Assembly: GCA_017477255.1 (NCBI GenBank)
Contig: JAFUXB010000001.1
Coordinates: 29,872-93,871, forward strand
Origin: Bacilli bacterium
GTDB taxonomy: Bacteria > Bacillota_I > Bacilli_A > RFN20 > CAG-826
Length of the DNA stretch: 64,000 nucleotides
Direction of reading: 5' to 3'
The translations under genes were made by a program, and so were the position numbers. Positions 17,553 to 27,104 of the stretch are shown one piece after another (within the stretch, counting starts at the first letter, position 1; the number at the start of each line of letters is the position of its first letter). Below the pieces are notes generated by a model, which ran no database searches, was not told where the DNA came from, and saw only the letters and a program-made list of their open reading frames with translations.

Positions 17553-20498
17553 ATGAAAAAACTTTCAATTAGTAAAGTTGCTGGTCTTGTTACCGGCTTT
17601 GCTGTTACAGCCCTTCTTGTTGGTGTAACAACAGCTTGTAAACCAAAATCCAAACCAGTAGTACCTGAAGATGATCCACACAAATATTTAGATGCTTCAT
17701 TTAAATTATCAATTGGTGATTCAACAGGTGTTTTAGCTGTTGGTGAAACATTACAAACTCAAATTGTTGATGTTAAGGGCGGTATCGTTGCTGATGATTT
17801 AGAATTAGCTTTCTCAACTAGTGATCCTGAAGTTTTATCAGTTAGTGCTTCAGGTTTAGTTACTGCAAAACAACCAGGTTTTGCTGATGTTATCGCTATT
17901 GATGAAGAAAGTGGTGCTGTTGACAGTGTCCAAATTCAAGTCAAAGGTGTTCCAGCTCAAGGTGCTAAATCCTATTCAGGTGCTGGATATCAAACTCAAG
18001 CCGAAATTTTAGGCGTTCTTGAAAAATATGCTCAAGATACTTATTTAAGTGGTTTACCATTAGCAGGTGATGGTTCATTTGTTATGTATCATCCACGTGT
18101 TCAAAAAGGTACTGAAAACTATGTTGAAGGATATGGATTTGGTATTTTACAACATGGTGATTTAACTGCTGATCTTGAAGGTGAAACAAACGCTGCTTAT
18201 AAGAGATATTTACACTCATATACTTCAGAAGATCCACAAAACTTAAATGAATGGGCAGCAAATAGTAGCTCAGTCAGTGATCTTGCAAGTTATGTCGTCA
18301 GTGGTTATTTCGGATCAAAATTAAATGAAGATAAAACAGGTGAAGAATATTATCCAGTCTTATCAAATGATGAAGATTTCGAAGCATTGAACGCAAGTGA
18401 AGATGCTGAACCAAAAGCAACTAGATTTAAATTACACGTTAAAACTGGTGAACAAGCTAAATATTCAACATTATCAAAGAATGCTAAATTTAGTAAATAT
18501 AATGGAAGAGAAGTAGCTCTTGAAGACTATTTAACTCCATTCAAATTAATGCTCACTAAGAAATTCAACTTATACCGTGGTAACGAAATGGTCGCAGAAA
18601 CTTATGCAAGACCAATCAAAGGTGCCGCTGAATATTACAACCAAACTGGTGAAGGAATGAATGAAGAATTATTCAATAGCACAGTTGGTGTTAAAGTTGG
18701 AGAAGATGAAAAAGGTGGATATATTGAATTTGAATTCGCTAAAGCATTAAAAGTTTCCGATGCTAAAGTTAACTTATCAAGTTCATTATGGCAACCAATT
18801 CCAATGGAATTCATCAATGATTTAGGTGGAGATCCAAACTTATATGCCTCATTTAGTGAAGATAAATCATTAAGCCCAGTTGATACAACATTATCATTAT
18901 CAGCTTATACACTTGAATATTATGAAAGTGGAAAATTAATTACATTTAAACGTAACCCAGAATGGTTTGAAAAAACTGAAGATACTGGTATGTATAAGAT
19001 TCCTGGTGTCCATATTGCAATCTTAGAAGCTGCAAAACAAGACACTGAAGCTGCTTGGAGAGAATTTATGGCAAATAAACTCGATTCCATCACTATTCCA
19101 GGAACTCACTTAAATGAATATAAAAACGACCCAAGAACAGTTGAAATTCCAGAAACTACAACTTGGAAATTAAATATCAATGCAACAACTGAAGAATTAT
19201 GGGAAGAATTATTTGGTAAAAACGGATCAGTTTATCAAACAACTGATGAAAAAGATTACTGGGATGTCAAACCAGTCATGCAAAATATTCACTTCCTTGA
19301 TGGTTTATATTATTCATTAAACAGAATTGAATTTGCAGGCGCTCAAAACATGACTGCATCTCAAAACTACTTATCAAGAGCTTACTATTTCACTTATAAA
19401 GATGCTAAGACAGGTGAAACTGTTAAAGTAACTTATGATGATATGGATGCTCACCAAAAAGCAATTGCTAACAGATATCCAGAAACATTCGGATTTAACT
19501 TAACTGCAGCAAAAGCTTACTTCAAACTTGCTATTCAAGAATTACTCGCAGATGGATCTTATGAATTAGGAACTATTGAAAATCCAAGTAAGATTGAAAT
19601 TAGTGCAAAATGGATGTCACAAACATCATTAACTAGAATGGGCGAACCATTAACTAAATATATGATGGATGCATTCAACAGTGTTGATCCACGTATTCAA
19701 CTCGTAATCAACAACTCAGCTTGCTCAACAAGTGATGAAATGTATGAAGCACTCGAACGTGGTCAATTTGATATCGGTATGGGAGCTATCACAGGTATGC
19801 AAGCTTGGCCATTAGACTTCTTCCAAGTCTTATGTTCAGATAACAGATCTGGCTTCTGCTTAAACTGGGGTCCAGATACTAGTGTCAATGATGGAAAGAT
19901 CTTCTATGATGGAAATACTTGGTCATTTGACTGCTTATGGGAAGCTGGAACTACAAGTACAGTCGCAGTTGCTGGTGAAACAGGATTTGCATTCAATGCA
20001 GCATTAAGTGCTAGAGAATTCCCAAATGATGGTGCTGAAGAACCAACTTACACTGGTGATGTTGTCTACACTGCTTTATATGAAGCAATTGCAGCACAAG
20101 GAGTCAGCTGGAAGATTACAGGCTTATACCTTGAAGATTATGCAACTAATAGTGGAATTGGAACTGGTATGTTTGGTATCAACTTAGCAACTGGTGCATT
20201 AACTGGTGTCTATAAAGATCAAAATCTTGGTGTAGACCATCTCTATGAATTAGATGAAGAAGCTGGTAGTGTTCAATTTACAGTTCCAAAAGAATTGAAC
20301 GATGAAGCATTCAGATTTACAAAAATTTACGCTGAAGTAAATGAAGTTACTGAAGATCAAGTCATCGCTGCAGGTTATGAAAAATATAACTACAGATTCG
20401 ATGTCTACTTCGAAATCGAAATCGAATTTGAAGGAAGTAAGTTCACTACATCATTCTTACCATTCGATATCTATGCATTCAATTACTTCGCTGCATAA
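17553..20498 (+). CDS. oppA: Peptide/oligopeptide ABC substrate-binding lipoprotein (family 5, OppA-like) with N-terminal Ig-like (Big_2-type) domain
   Basis: Lipobox VTTAC at aa 25-29. Big_2-like segment GETLQTQIV...FSTSDPEVLSVSASGLVTAKQPGFADVIA. SBP_bac_5-like body. Sits upstream of oppBCDF. Confidence 0.8.
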   Translation: MKKLSISKVAGLVTGFAVTALLVGVTTACKPKSKPVVPEDDPHKYLDASFKLSIGDSTGVLAVGETLQTQIVDVKGGIVADDLELAFSTSDPEVLSVSASGLVTAKQPGFADVIAIDEESGAVDSVQIQVKGVPAQGAKSYSGAGYQTQAEILGVLEKYAQDTYLSGLPLAGDGSFVMYHPRVQKGTENYVEGYGFGILQHGDLTADLEGETNAAYKRYLHSYTSEDPQNLNEWAANSSSVSDLASYVVSGYFGSKLNEDKTGEEYYPVLSNDEDFEALNASEDAEPKATRFKLHVKTGEQAKYSTLSKNAKFSKYNGREVALEDYLTPFKLMLTKKFNLYRGNEMVAETYARPIKGAAEYYNQTGEGMNEELFNSTVGVKVGEDEKGGYIEFEFAKALKVSDAKVNLSSSLWQPIPMEFINDLGGDPNLYASFSEDKSLSPVDTTLSLSAYTLEYYESGKLITFKRNPEWFEKTEDTGMYKIPGVHIAILEAAKQDTEAAWREFMANKLDSITIPGTHLNEYKNDPRTVEIPETTTWKLNINATTEELWEELFGKNGSVYQTTDEKDYWDVKPVMQNIHFLDGLYYSLNRIEFAGAQNMTASQNYLSRAYYFTYKDAKTGETVKVTYDDMDAHQKAIANRYPETFGFNLTAAKAYFKLAIQELLADGSYELGTIENPSKIEISAKWMSQTSLTRMGEPLTKYMMDAFNSVDPRIQLVINNSACSTSDEMYEALERGQFDIGMGAITGMQAWPLDFFQVLCSDNRSGFCLNWGPDTSVNDGKIFYDGNTWSFDCLWEAGTTSTVAVAGETGFAFNAALSAREFPNDGAEEPTYTGDVVYTALYEAIAAQGVSWKITGLYLEDYATNSGIGTGMFGINLATGALTGVYKDQNLGVDHLYELDEEAGSVQFTVPKELNDEAFRFTKIYAEVNEVTEDQVIAAGYEKYNYRFDVYFEIEIEFEGSKFTTSFLPFDIYAFNYFAA

Positions 20499-20542
20499 TA
20501 AAAGCAAATTGATTTAACTAGGTAAGATCCTAAAAATAAACG

Positions 20543-20580
20543 TAAGGATAGGGAGTAATCCCTATCCTTATTGTTCGTTT
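20543..20580 (+). terminator. Strong hairpin terminator/attenuator after oppA
   Basis: TAAGGATAGGGA-gtaa-TCCCTATCCTTA perfect 12-bp stem followed by TTGTTCGTTT. Confidence 0.8.
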
Positions 20581-20644
20581 AAACACACTTAAAGCACATA
20601 TTATTTAAACTTAAAAATATATATTTTTAAGCTTAAATGGTATG

Positions 20645-20653
20645 TGATATAAT
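20645..20653 (+). promoter_or_regulatory. Extended -10 promoter element for oppBCDF
   Basis: TGaTATAAT is a perfect TGnTATAAT. It lies 22 nt upstream of the AAGGAGG RBS and ATG 20676. Confidence 0.5.
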
Positions 20654-20675
20654 ATATGGAATTAAGGAGGAAAGT

Positions 20676-21725
20676 ATGCGGAGATATGTTTTAAAAAGAA
20701 TTATCCTGATATTAATAACTGCACTTATTATCCTTTCGTTGACTTTTATTTTAATTAAATTGCTTCCACCAGGAAAACCTGCCGGTACAGATGATCAAAG
20801 ATTAGCTTTTTATTTAAAACAAGTTGGGCTGGGCTATATGATTGATTTCGATATAGAAATGCCTCAATATGGCACACCTTTAGAGATTTTGAAAGATGGA
20901 GCAGGAAGACTACATTATTTTTATGTTAGACCAGTAATGGAGCAATATTTTGTTTGGATTAAAAATATTGTTACTAAATGGGACTGGGGAACATCAACAA
21001 TTGTTGCTGTTAATCAATCTTGTATGTTAATTATTGCAGAGAGATTACCTGTTACAATAAGCATTAATTTAATTGTTTCGGCAATTGCAGTTCCTATTGG
21101 ATTTGGACTTGGAATTTGGGCGGCTTTAAAGAAAAATAAGCTTACAGACCACATTATTTCAACAATTATTGTTTTATTTGTTTCTATTCCAAGCTTTATT
21201 GTTATTGTATTTTTACTTGTTTTATTTGCTTATAAAGGAAAATTTGTTCCAACACAATGGCCTTCAATGCAAGCAACACCTAAAGAAAAAGCTTTAGGAT
21301 ATATTATCCCTGTCGTTAGCTTAAGTGCTGGTACAATTTGTGCTTATGCTAGATGGGTAAGAGCAGAACTTACAGAAGTTATGGCTAGTGAATTTTTACT
21401 TTTAGCAAGAACTAAAGGATTAACACGTACTCAATCAATCGTTCGTCATGCTTTGAGAAACTCTTTAGTTCCTATTTTCCCAATGTTAATTGGTGAAATC
21501 ATTGGTGCTTTAAGTGGTTCAATGGTTCTTGAACAATTATATGGAATTCCAGGTATTGGAACTTTATATATTAAAGCTTTAGGTGATTTAAAATCTAATA
21601 TCGACTTTAACTTACTTATGGTCGATATGGCGTTAGTTACGATGATTGGTTTAGCTGCTGGCTTATTAGTTGACTTATCATATGGATTTATTGATCCTCG
21701 TATCAGAATGGGGGCAAAGAAATAA
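20676..21725 (+). CDS. oppB: Oligopeptide ABC permease OppB
   Basis: BPD_transp_1 signature (LARTKGLTRTQSIVRHALRNSLVPI). AAGGAGG RBS precedes ATG 20676. The ORF-track start at 20637 lacks an RBS. Confidence 0.9.
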   Translation: MRRYVLKRIILILITALIILSLTFILIKLLPPGKPAGTDDQRLAFYLKQVGLGYMIDFDIEMPQYGTPLEILKDGAGRLHYFYVRPVMEQYFVWIKNIVTKWDWGTSTIVAVNQSCMLIIAERLPVTISINLIVSAIAVPIGFGLGIWAALKKNKLTDHIISTIIVLFVSIPSFIVIVFLLVLFAYKGKFVPTQWPSMQATPKEKALGYIIPVVSLSAGTICAYARWVRAELTEVMASEFLLLARTKGLTRTQSIVRHALRNSLVPIFPMLIGEIIGALSGSMVLEQLYGIPGIGTLYIKALGDLKSNIDFNLLMVDMALVTMIGLAAGLLVDLSYGFIDPRIRMGAKK

Positions 21726-21726
21726 T

Positions 21727-23700
21727 ATGGAAAAGAATAATGTTTTTGTCTATAAAGACAGTGAATTAAAAGAGCATGCTATTACCATTGAACAAAGCGA
21801 TTTTGAACAAGTTAAAATAGAAAAACGTTCTTTTGAGCGCAAATTTGAAGATAAACCAACAACTTTTGCTAAGGATGCTTTTAAAAGATTCTTAAAAAAT
21901 AAATCATCAGTTGCTGGTGGAATTATCTTAGGACTTATTTTATTACTTGTTATTTTTGTTCCAATGTTCTCAGGATTTTCAACAGATGCAATTACATATG
22001 ATGAAAAATTCTTAGAACCAAAATTATTTAATGCTGGAACTGGTTTCTGGGATGGAACAAAATATATTGATGATCCAGTTACTTATGATGAAGCAACTGA
22101 ATCACCAGACCCAACTTATTATAGAAAAGAAGCAGTTTCTGAACTTAAAATATTTGAAGGATATTCAAATTCATATGCTGTTTATAATAAAGGTGGTTAT
22201 GTTAGATTTGTTGCTCCACAAATTTTTAGTGGTGAGCCACAAGATAGACTTTATAAAATTGAATCCGCATATTTCACTCTTGATTTAGCTAACCAATACA
22301 ATATGGAAGTTGGTTTCTATGGTGGTGAAACTGATGGAGATTATAAATTTGGTTCATATAAAACTTATGTTATAGCTTATGAAAACGCTGAAAAGAAAGT
22401 AGTTTTACATAAATATTATTTTGAAGATGAATTCTCACAAGATTTTACAACTAAAACATATGATGTAACTAAATTACTTACTGATAATGGTTTAAGTGGA
22501 AGTATTGAATATGTTGCCTTTGGTATTGATCAACTTCCATCAAAAGAATATAACTCACAAGTTTTATTTGATAAGATCGTTGTTACTTCATCAGATGCAA
22601 CTGAACAAGAAGAAATCTTTGATATTGTTTCATTTACTGATGCAAACTATCAAGTAGGTGGAGTTAAAAAAGAAAAAAGAGATGGTATCGAAGTTAAAAA
22701 CAATTTAGCTCTTTGGACATCTAACGGAAATAAATTCTTATATCATGCTTATTATAAATATTGTAATTTTAGATATGATACATATTTAGCTGCTTATGGT
22801 CATGTAACTAGAGTTATTACAAAAGATAAGATGAGAGAATACATCAAAGCAAAATATTGTACATATGACCCAAGTGTTGGTCCATCATCATTTAAAGTTT
22901 TAAATGAAGAAAAATGTCCAATAGTTGAAGTTATTTCTCATAAAGATATTTCAGGAACATTCCCAGATTATGAAGCAACTTGTATTGTTTTAAATTATAA
23001 ATATTTAGGTTATGATAAACCTCCAAAATACATTTTTGGTACAACTGATCAAGGAAAAGACTTATTTACTTTAATGTTTAAAGGTTTAAGAACATCCCTT
23101 TTACTTGGTTTAATTACATCAGCTGTTAACTTTATTATTGGTATTATTTGGGGTGCTATCTCTGGATATTTTGGCGGATGGGTCGATATTTTCATGGAAA
23201 GATTTACTGATATTTTAGGTAGAGTCCCATGGATGGTTATTATGACTTTATGTATTTTACACTTAGGTCGTAACTTTGCTACATTCGCACTTGCTTTGTG
23301 TCTTACTGGTTGGATGGGAGTTGCTGGTACAACCCGTGCCCAATTCTATAGATTTAAAGGTAGAGAATATGTTCTTGCTTCTAGAACTTTAGGAGCAAGT
23401 GATGTAAGACTTATCTTTAGACACATCTTACCTAACTCACTTGGTACACTTGTTACATCAACTGTATTTATGATTCCAGGAGTTATTTATAGTGAATCAA
23501 CTCTTGCTTACCTCAATTTAGGTATGAATGGTTCAAATACATTCGGTGTTATCTTAGCTGATTATAGACAATACTTATCATCAGCTACATATTTAGTTAT
23601 GATTCCAGCTGTATTAATGGCTATTATGATGGTTTCATTTAACTTATTTGGAAATGGTCTCCGTGACGCATTAAATCCATCGTTGAAAGGAAGTGATTAG
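21727..23700 (+). CDS. oppC: Oligopeptide ABC permease OppC with about 370-aa extracytoplasmic insertion after TM1
   Basis: The C-terminal 200 aa form a typical OppC/DppC permease core (ASRTLGASDVRLIFRHILPNSLG). Start ATG 21727 lies 1 nt after the oppB stop. The ORF-track start at 21670 overlaps oppB. Confidence 0.88.
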   Translation: MEKNNVFVYKDSELKEHAITIEQSDFEQVKIEKRSFERKFEDKPTTFAKDAFKRFLKNKSSVAGGIILGLILLLVIFVPMFSGFSTDAITYDEKFLEPKLFNAGTGFWDGTKYIDDPVTYDEATESPDPTYYRKEAVSELKIFEGYSNSYAVYNKGGYVRFVAPQIFSGEPQDRLYKIESAYFTLDLANQYNMEVGFYGGETDGDYKFGSYKTYVIAYENAEKKVVLHKYYFEDEFSQDFTTKTYDVTKLLTDNGLSGSIEYVAFGIDQLPSKEYNSQVLFDKIVVTSSDATEQEEIFDIVSFTDANYQVGGVKKEKRDGIEVKNNLALWTSNGNKFLYHAYYKYCNFRYDTYLAAYGHVTRVITKDKMREYIKAKYCTYDPSVGPSSFKVLNEEKCPIVEVISHKDISGTFPDYEATCIVLNYKYLGYDKPPKYIFGTTDQGKDLFTLMFKGLRTSLLLGLITSAVNFIIGIIWGAISGYFGGWVDIFMERFTDILGRVPWMVIMTLCILHLGRNFATFALALCLTGWMGVAGTTRAQFYRFKGREYVLASRTLGASDVRLIFRHILPNSLGTLVTSTVFMIPGVIYSESTLAYLNLGMNGSNTFGVILADYRQYLSSATYLVMIPAVLMAIMMVSFNLFGNGLRDALNPSLKGSD

Positions 23701-23701
23701 T

Positions 23702-25705
23702 ATGGTAGATAAGAATATTTATAGAGAAGATAATAAAATTTTATCTGTCAAAAACTTAAAAGTTAATTTCACTACTGATCATGGAATGGTACATGCAGCA
23801 CGTGGTGTTTCATTTGATTTATATAAAGGTGAAACATTATGTATTGTTGGTGAATCTGGTTCAGGAAAATCAGTTACTAGTAAAACCATTATGGGTATTT
23901 TGGCTGCTAATGGCATTATTGAAGATGGACAAATTATTTACGAAGGTGAAGATTTAGTTCGTGTTAGTGAAGAAGATTTCCATAGAATTAGAGGACATAA
24001 AATTGGAATGATCTTCCAAGATCCATTAAGTTCATTAAATCCATTAGTTAGAGTTGGAAAACAAATCATTGAAACAACAATGATTAATAACAACATTCTT
24101 AAAAGAATGTATAATGATTTAATTTCTAATGATTTAACTGCTTATAGAAACGTTTTCGCTAATGAAAATTATGAATTAAATAAAACTAAGAAAATCATTA
24201 AAGATAATAAGAGCCTTATTAAAAAACAACTTAAAATTAATCAAAAATTAGCAAAACCATCTAAAAAAGAAGAAGAATACAAGAAAGAATTAGAAAAAGT
24301 AAACGAAGATATTAAAGTTTATGCTAATTCATTTGTTTCAAATATTCCTACTGATATCGAAGGTTATAACATTCAAAAAGATCTTGAAAATAAGGCTTTT
24401 GATAATTTAAGTAAAGATGATGATGGCGTTAATAAAGATTTAAGAGTTAAAAAGCATGAATTAAAAATTAAATCAATTGATGATCAAATTAATCTTTTAA
24501 ATGAATATAAAGATAAATTTAGTGAAGAATTAACTGATGATGATAAAGTTTTAATTATTAATCAATTCTTAAATAAGAAAATTGAAGTAACTAAAAACTC
24601 AACTAAAGAGCAAAGTCCAACTTTGAAAGAAATTTTAAAAGAAAGAAAAGAATTTGCTAAGAAAACAGTTGATGAATATCATGCAAAATTAAAGAGCGAA
24701 AAAGAAGAAAAATTAGCTGATTTAAATGATAAAAGGAGAAAATATGATGCTGAATTTGAATCTTATAAAGCATCTATGGATCCTGAACATCTTAATAAAT
24801 GTTTAGAAGTTTATGCATATAACATTGCTTTAGCTAAAAAACTTAAAAAAGAAGAAGGTAAATTCAAAGAAAATAGTGTTAGCAAAACTGTTGCTAAAAC
24901 TGAAACATTTAAAGATTATGAAGATGCCAAATTTAAAGAATATATTGATGGCGTAGAAGCTTTAAAGCAAGAAGAAGAGGCAATTAAGGAAGACTACATT
25001 AGTAAAACTAAAATTACTTATGCAGAAGCTCGTAAGAGAGCTCTTGAAGTAATGAAAGAAGTTGGTATTCCATTACCAGAACGTAGATTTAGACAATATC
25101 CATTTGAATTCTCAGGTGGTATGAGACAAAGAATTGTTATTGCTATTGCTTTAACTGCAAATCCAGATATCTTGATCTGTGACGAGCCAACAACAGCCCT
25201 TGACGTTACAATTCAAGCTCAAATTCTTGAACTTATTAATAAACTTAAACGTGAAAGAAATTTAAGTTGTATCTTTATTACTCACGACTTAGGTGTTGTT
25301 GCAAATATGGCCGATAGAGTCGCTGTTATGTATGCTGGTAAGATTGTTGAATATGGTATGAGTGAAGAAGTATTCTTTGATCCAAAACATCCATATACTT
25401 GGGCACTTTTATCCTCAATTCCAGATGTCGATAGTAAAGAAAAACTTGAAGCAATTCCAGGTACTCCACCAGATATGAGATTCCCTCCAAAAGGTGATGC
25501 ATTTGCTTTAAGAAGTAGATATGCAATGAATATTGACTTTAAATATGAGCCACCATTCTTTAAGGTTACTGATACTCATTATGCTGCAACTTGGTTACTT
25601 TATCCAGGTGCTCCAAAAGTTGAAATGCCAAAGATTGTTAAAACTCGTATTGAAAATGCTTTAAAAGCACAAAAAGAAAAGGAAGGAGGCAAAAAACATG
25701 AGTAA
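23702..25705 (+). CDS. oppD: Oligopeptide ABC ATPase OppD with about 310-aa K/E/N-rich insertion inside the NBD
   Basis: Walker A GESGSGKS, Q-loop MIFQDPLSSLNP, signature FSGGMRQR, Walker B ILICDEPTTALD, oligo_HPY C-terminal motif. The ORF-track start at 23693 is GTG, and the first ATG is at 23702. Confidence 0.9.
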   Translation: MVDKNIYREDNKILSVKNLKVNFTTDHGMVHAARGVSFDLYKGETLCIVGESGSGKSVTSKTIMGILAANGIIEDGQIIYEGEDLVRVSEEDFHRIRGHKIGMIFQDPLSSLNPLVRVGKQIIETTMINNNILKRMYNDLISNDLTAYRNVFANENYELNKTKKIIKDNKSLIKKQLKINQKLAKPSKKEEEYKKELEKVNEDIKVYANSFVSNIPTDIEGYNIQKDLENKAFDNLSKDDDGVNKDLRVKKHELKIKSIDDQINLLNEYKDKFSEELTDDDKVLIINQFLNKKIEVTKNSTKEQSPTLKEILKERKEFAKKTVDEYHAKLKSEKEEKLADLNDKRRKYDAEFESYKASMDPEHLNKCLEVYAYNIALAKKLKKEEGKFKENSVSKTVAKTETFKDYEDAKFKEYIDGVEALKQEEEAIKEDYISKTKITYAEARKRALEVMKEVGIPLPERRFRQYPFEFSGGMRQRIVIAIALTANPDILICDEPTTALDVTIQAQILELINKLKRERNLSCIFITHDLGVVANMADRVAVMYAGKIVEYGMSEEVFFDPKHPYTWALLSSIPDVDSKEKLEAIPGTPPDMRFPPKGDAFALRSRYAMNIDFKYEPPFFKVTDTHYAATWLLYPGAPKVEMPKIVKTRIENALKAQKEKEGGKKHE

Positions 25706-27083
25706 TGTTGATGAAGAAAAAAGAGAAGTAGAGACTTCAAAACTCCTTTCTGAAAATATTGAAGCTTATCAAATTTCACAAGATAACGCTTCAAATATTA
25801 GTACTGATGATGATGATTCTTCTGAACACGTTGAACCTGCTACTAATGAGCTTGAAGGTAGTGAAACCGAAGAACAAAAAGAAAAAGAAATTAAAAAGAT
25901 TGTTTCTCGTTGTAAATTTAGACAAGAATACGTCGATAATAACATCATTTTAAGTGTTAATCACTTAAAACAATATTTCTTCTTCGGCGCTGGTCCATCC
26001 CGCTTTAAATTAAAGGCAGTTCACGATGTTTCATTCCAAATTAAAGAAGGTGAATGCTTTGGTGTTGTTGGTGAATCAGGATGTGGTAAAACAACAACTG
26101 GTAGAAGTATTATCAAACTTTACGATATTACTAGTGGATCAATTTATTATAAAGGTTATAGAATTGGTGCTGGTTCTAGATGGAATGAAAAAGAAATCAA
26201 ATTTACAAAAATTAGATTAAATAAAACTATTAAAGAACTTAATGAAAAGCTTCAAAAAGGTGAAATCACTAAAGAAGAATTCGAAGCTAAAAAGAATGAA
26301 GAAACTACAAAAGCTAACGATATCATTAAAGTTCAAAAAGAAAAGATTAAACAAATTAAATATGATAACAAACATGTTAATCCTAAATTAATGAGAGAAA
26401 TTCAAATGATCTTCCAAGATCCAATCGATTCTTTGGATCCTAGAATGACAGTTGAACAAATCATTAGTGAAGGTTTACAAATTCAAGGTTTTAGAAATAA
26501 AACTGAAAATCATAAGAAAGTTGTTGAAGCTTTAGAGAAAGTCGGACTTATTGAAGATTATGCTTCAAGATATCCACACGAATTCTCAGGCGGTCAAAGA
26601 CAAAGAATTGGTATTGCAAGAGCTCTTGTTATGCAACCTAAATTCTTAATCTGTGATGAACCAATTAGTGCATTAGACGTTTCTATTCGTGCTCAAATTA
26701 TTAATTTACTTAATGATTTAAGAGAAGAAATGGGTTTATCAATTATGTTTATTGCCCACGACTTAAGTGTTGTTAAATATTTCTGCGATAGAATTGCTGT
26801 TATGTATTATGGGGAAATTGTTGAACTTGCAACAAGTGATGAATTATTCAAACATCCATTACATCCATATACTAAGAGCTTATTAAGCGCTATTCCAAAA
26901 CCAAATCCATTAACTGAGAAAGATAGACAACGTATTGTTTATATCCCATCTCAAGTTCATGATTATAGCAAGGAAAAACCAAGCTTAGTTGAAATTGAAC
27001 CAGGACACTTTGTATTAGCTAATACTGAAGAATTAGAAAAATATAAAGTCGAAATGGCTGAATTAGATAAGAAGGCACAATAA
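25698..27083 (+). CDS. oppF: Oligopeptide ABC ATPase OppF with acidic N-terminal extension and about 60-aa insertion
   Basis: Walker A GESGCGKTT, MIFQDPIDSLDP, FSGGQRQRIGIARAL, FLICDEPISALD. Confidence 0.9.
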   Translation: MSNVDEEKREVETSKLLSENIEAYQISQDNASNISTDDDDSSEHVEPATNELEGSETEEQKEKEIKKIVSRCKFRQEYVDNNIILSVNHLKQYFFFGAGPSRFKLKAVHDVSFQIKEGECFGVVGESGCGKTTTGRSIIKLYDITSGSIYYKGYRIGAGSRWNEKEIKFTKIRLNKTIKELNEKLQKGEITKEEFEAKKNEETTKANDIIKVQKEKIKQIKYDNKHVNPKLMREIQMIFQDPIDSLDPRMTVEQIISEGLQIQGFRNKTENHKKVVEALEKVGLIEDYASRYPHEFSGGQRQRIGIARALVMQPKFLICDEPISALDVSIRAQIINLLNDLREEMGLSIMFIAHDLSVVKYFCDRIAVMYYGEIVELATSDELFKHPLHPYTKSLLSAIPKPNPLTEKDRQRIVYIPSQVHDYSKEKPSLVEIEPGHFVLANTEELEKYKVEMAELDKKAQ

Positions 27084-27100
27084 TGTGCCTTTTTTCTTTT
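27072..27100 (+). terminator. Rho-independent terminator of the opp operon
   Basis: AAGGCACA-ataa-TGTGCCTT stem with the oppF stop codon in the loop, followed by TTTTCTTTT. Confidence 0.75.
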
Positions 27101-27104
27101 TTAT

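Noticed and set aside
24090-25020. The OppD insertion as an inserted mobile element, intein or assembly chimera.
   Set aside because: The region is in frame with uniform composition. It has no terminal repeats and no intein splice motifs (no Cys/Ser...His-Asn-Cys boundaries). OppF carries a parallel insertion at the equivalent site. It is treated as a genuine domain insertion.
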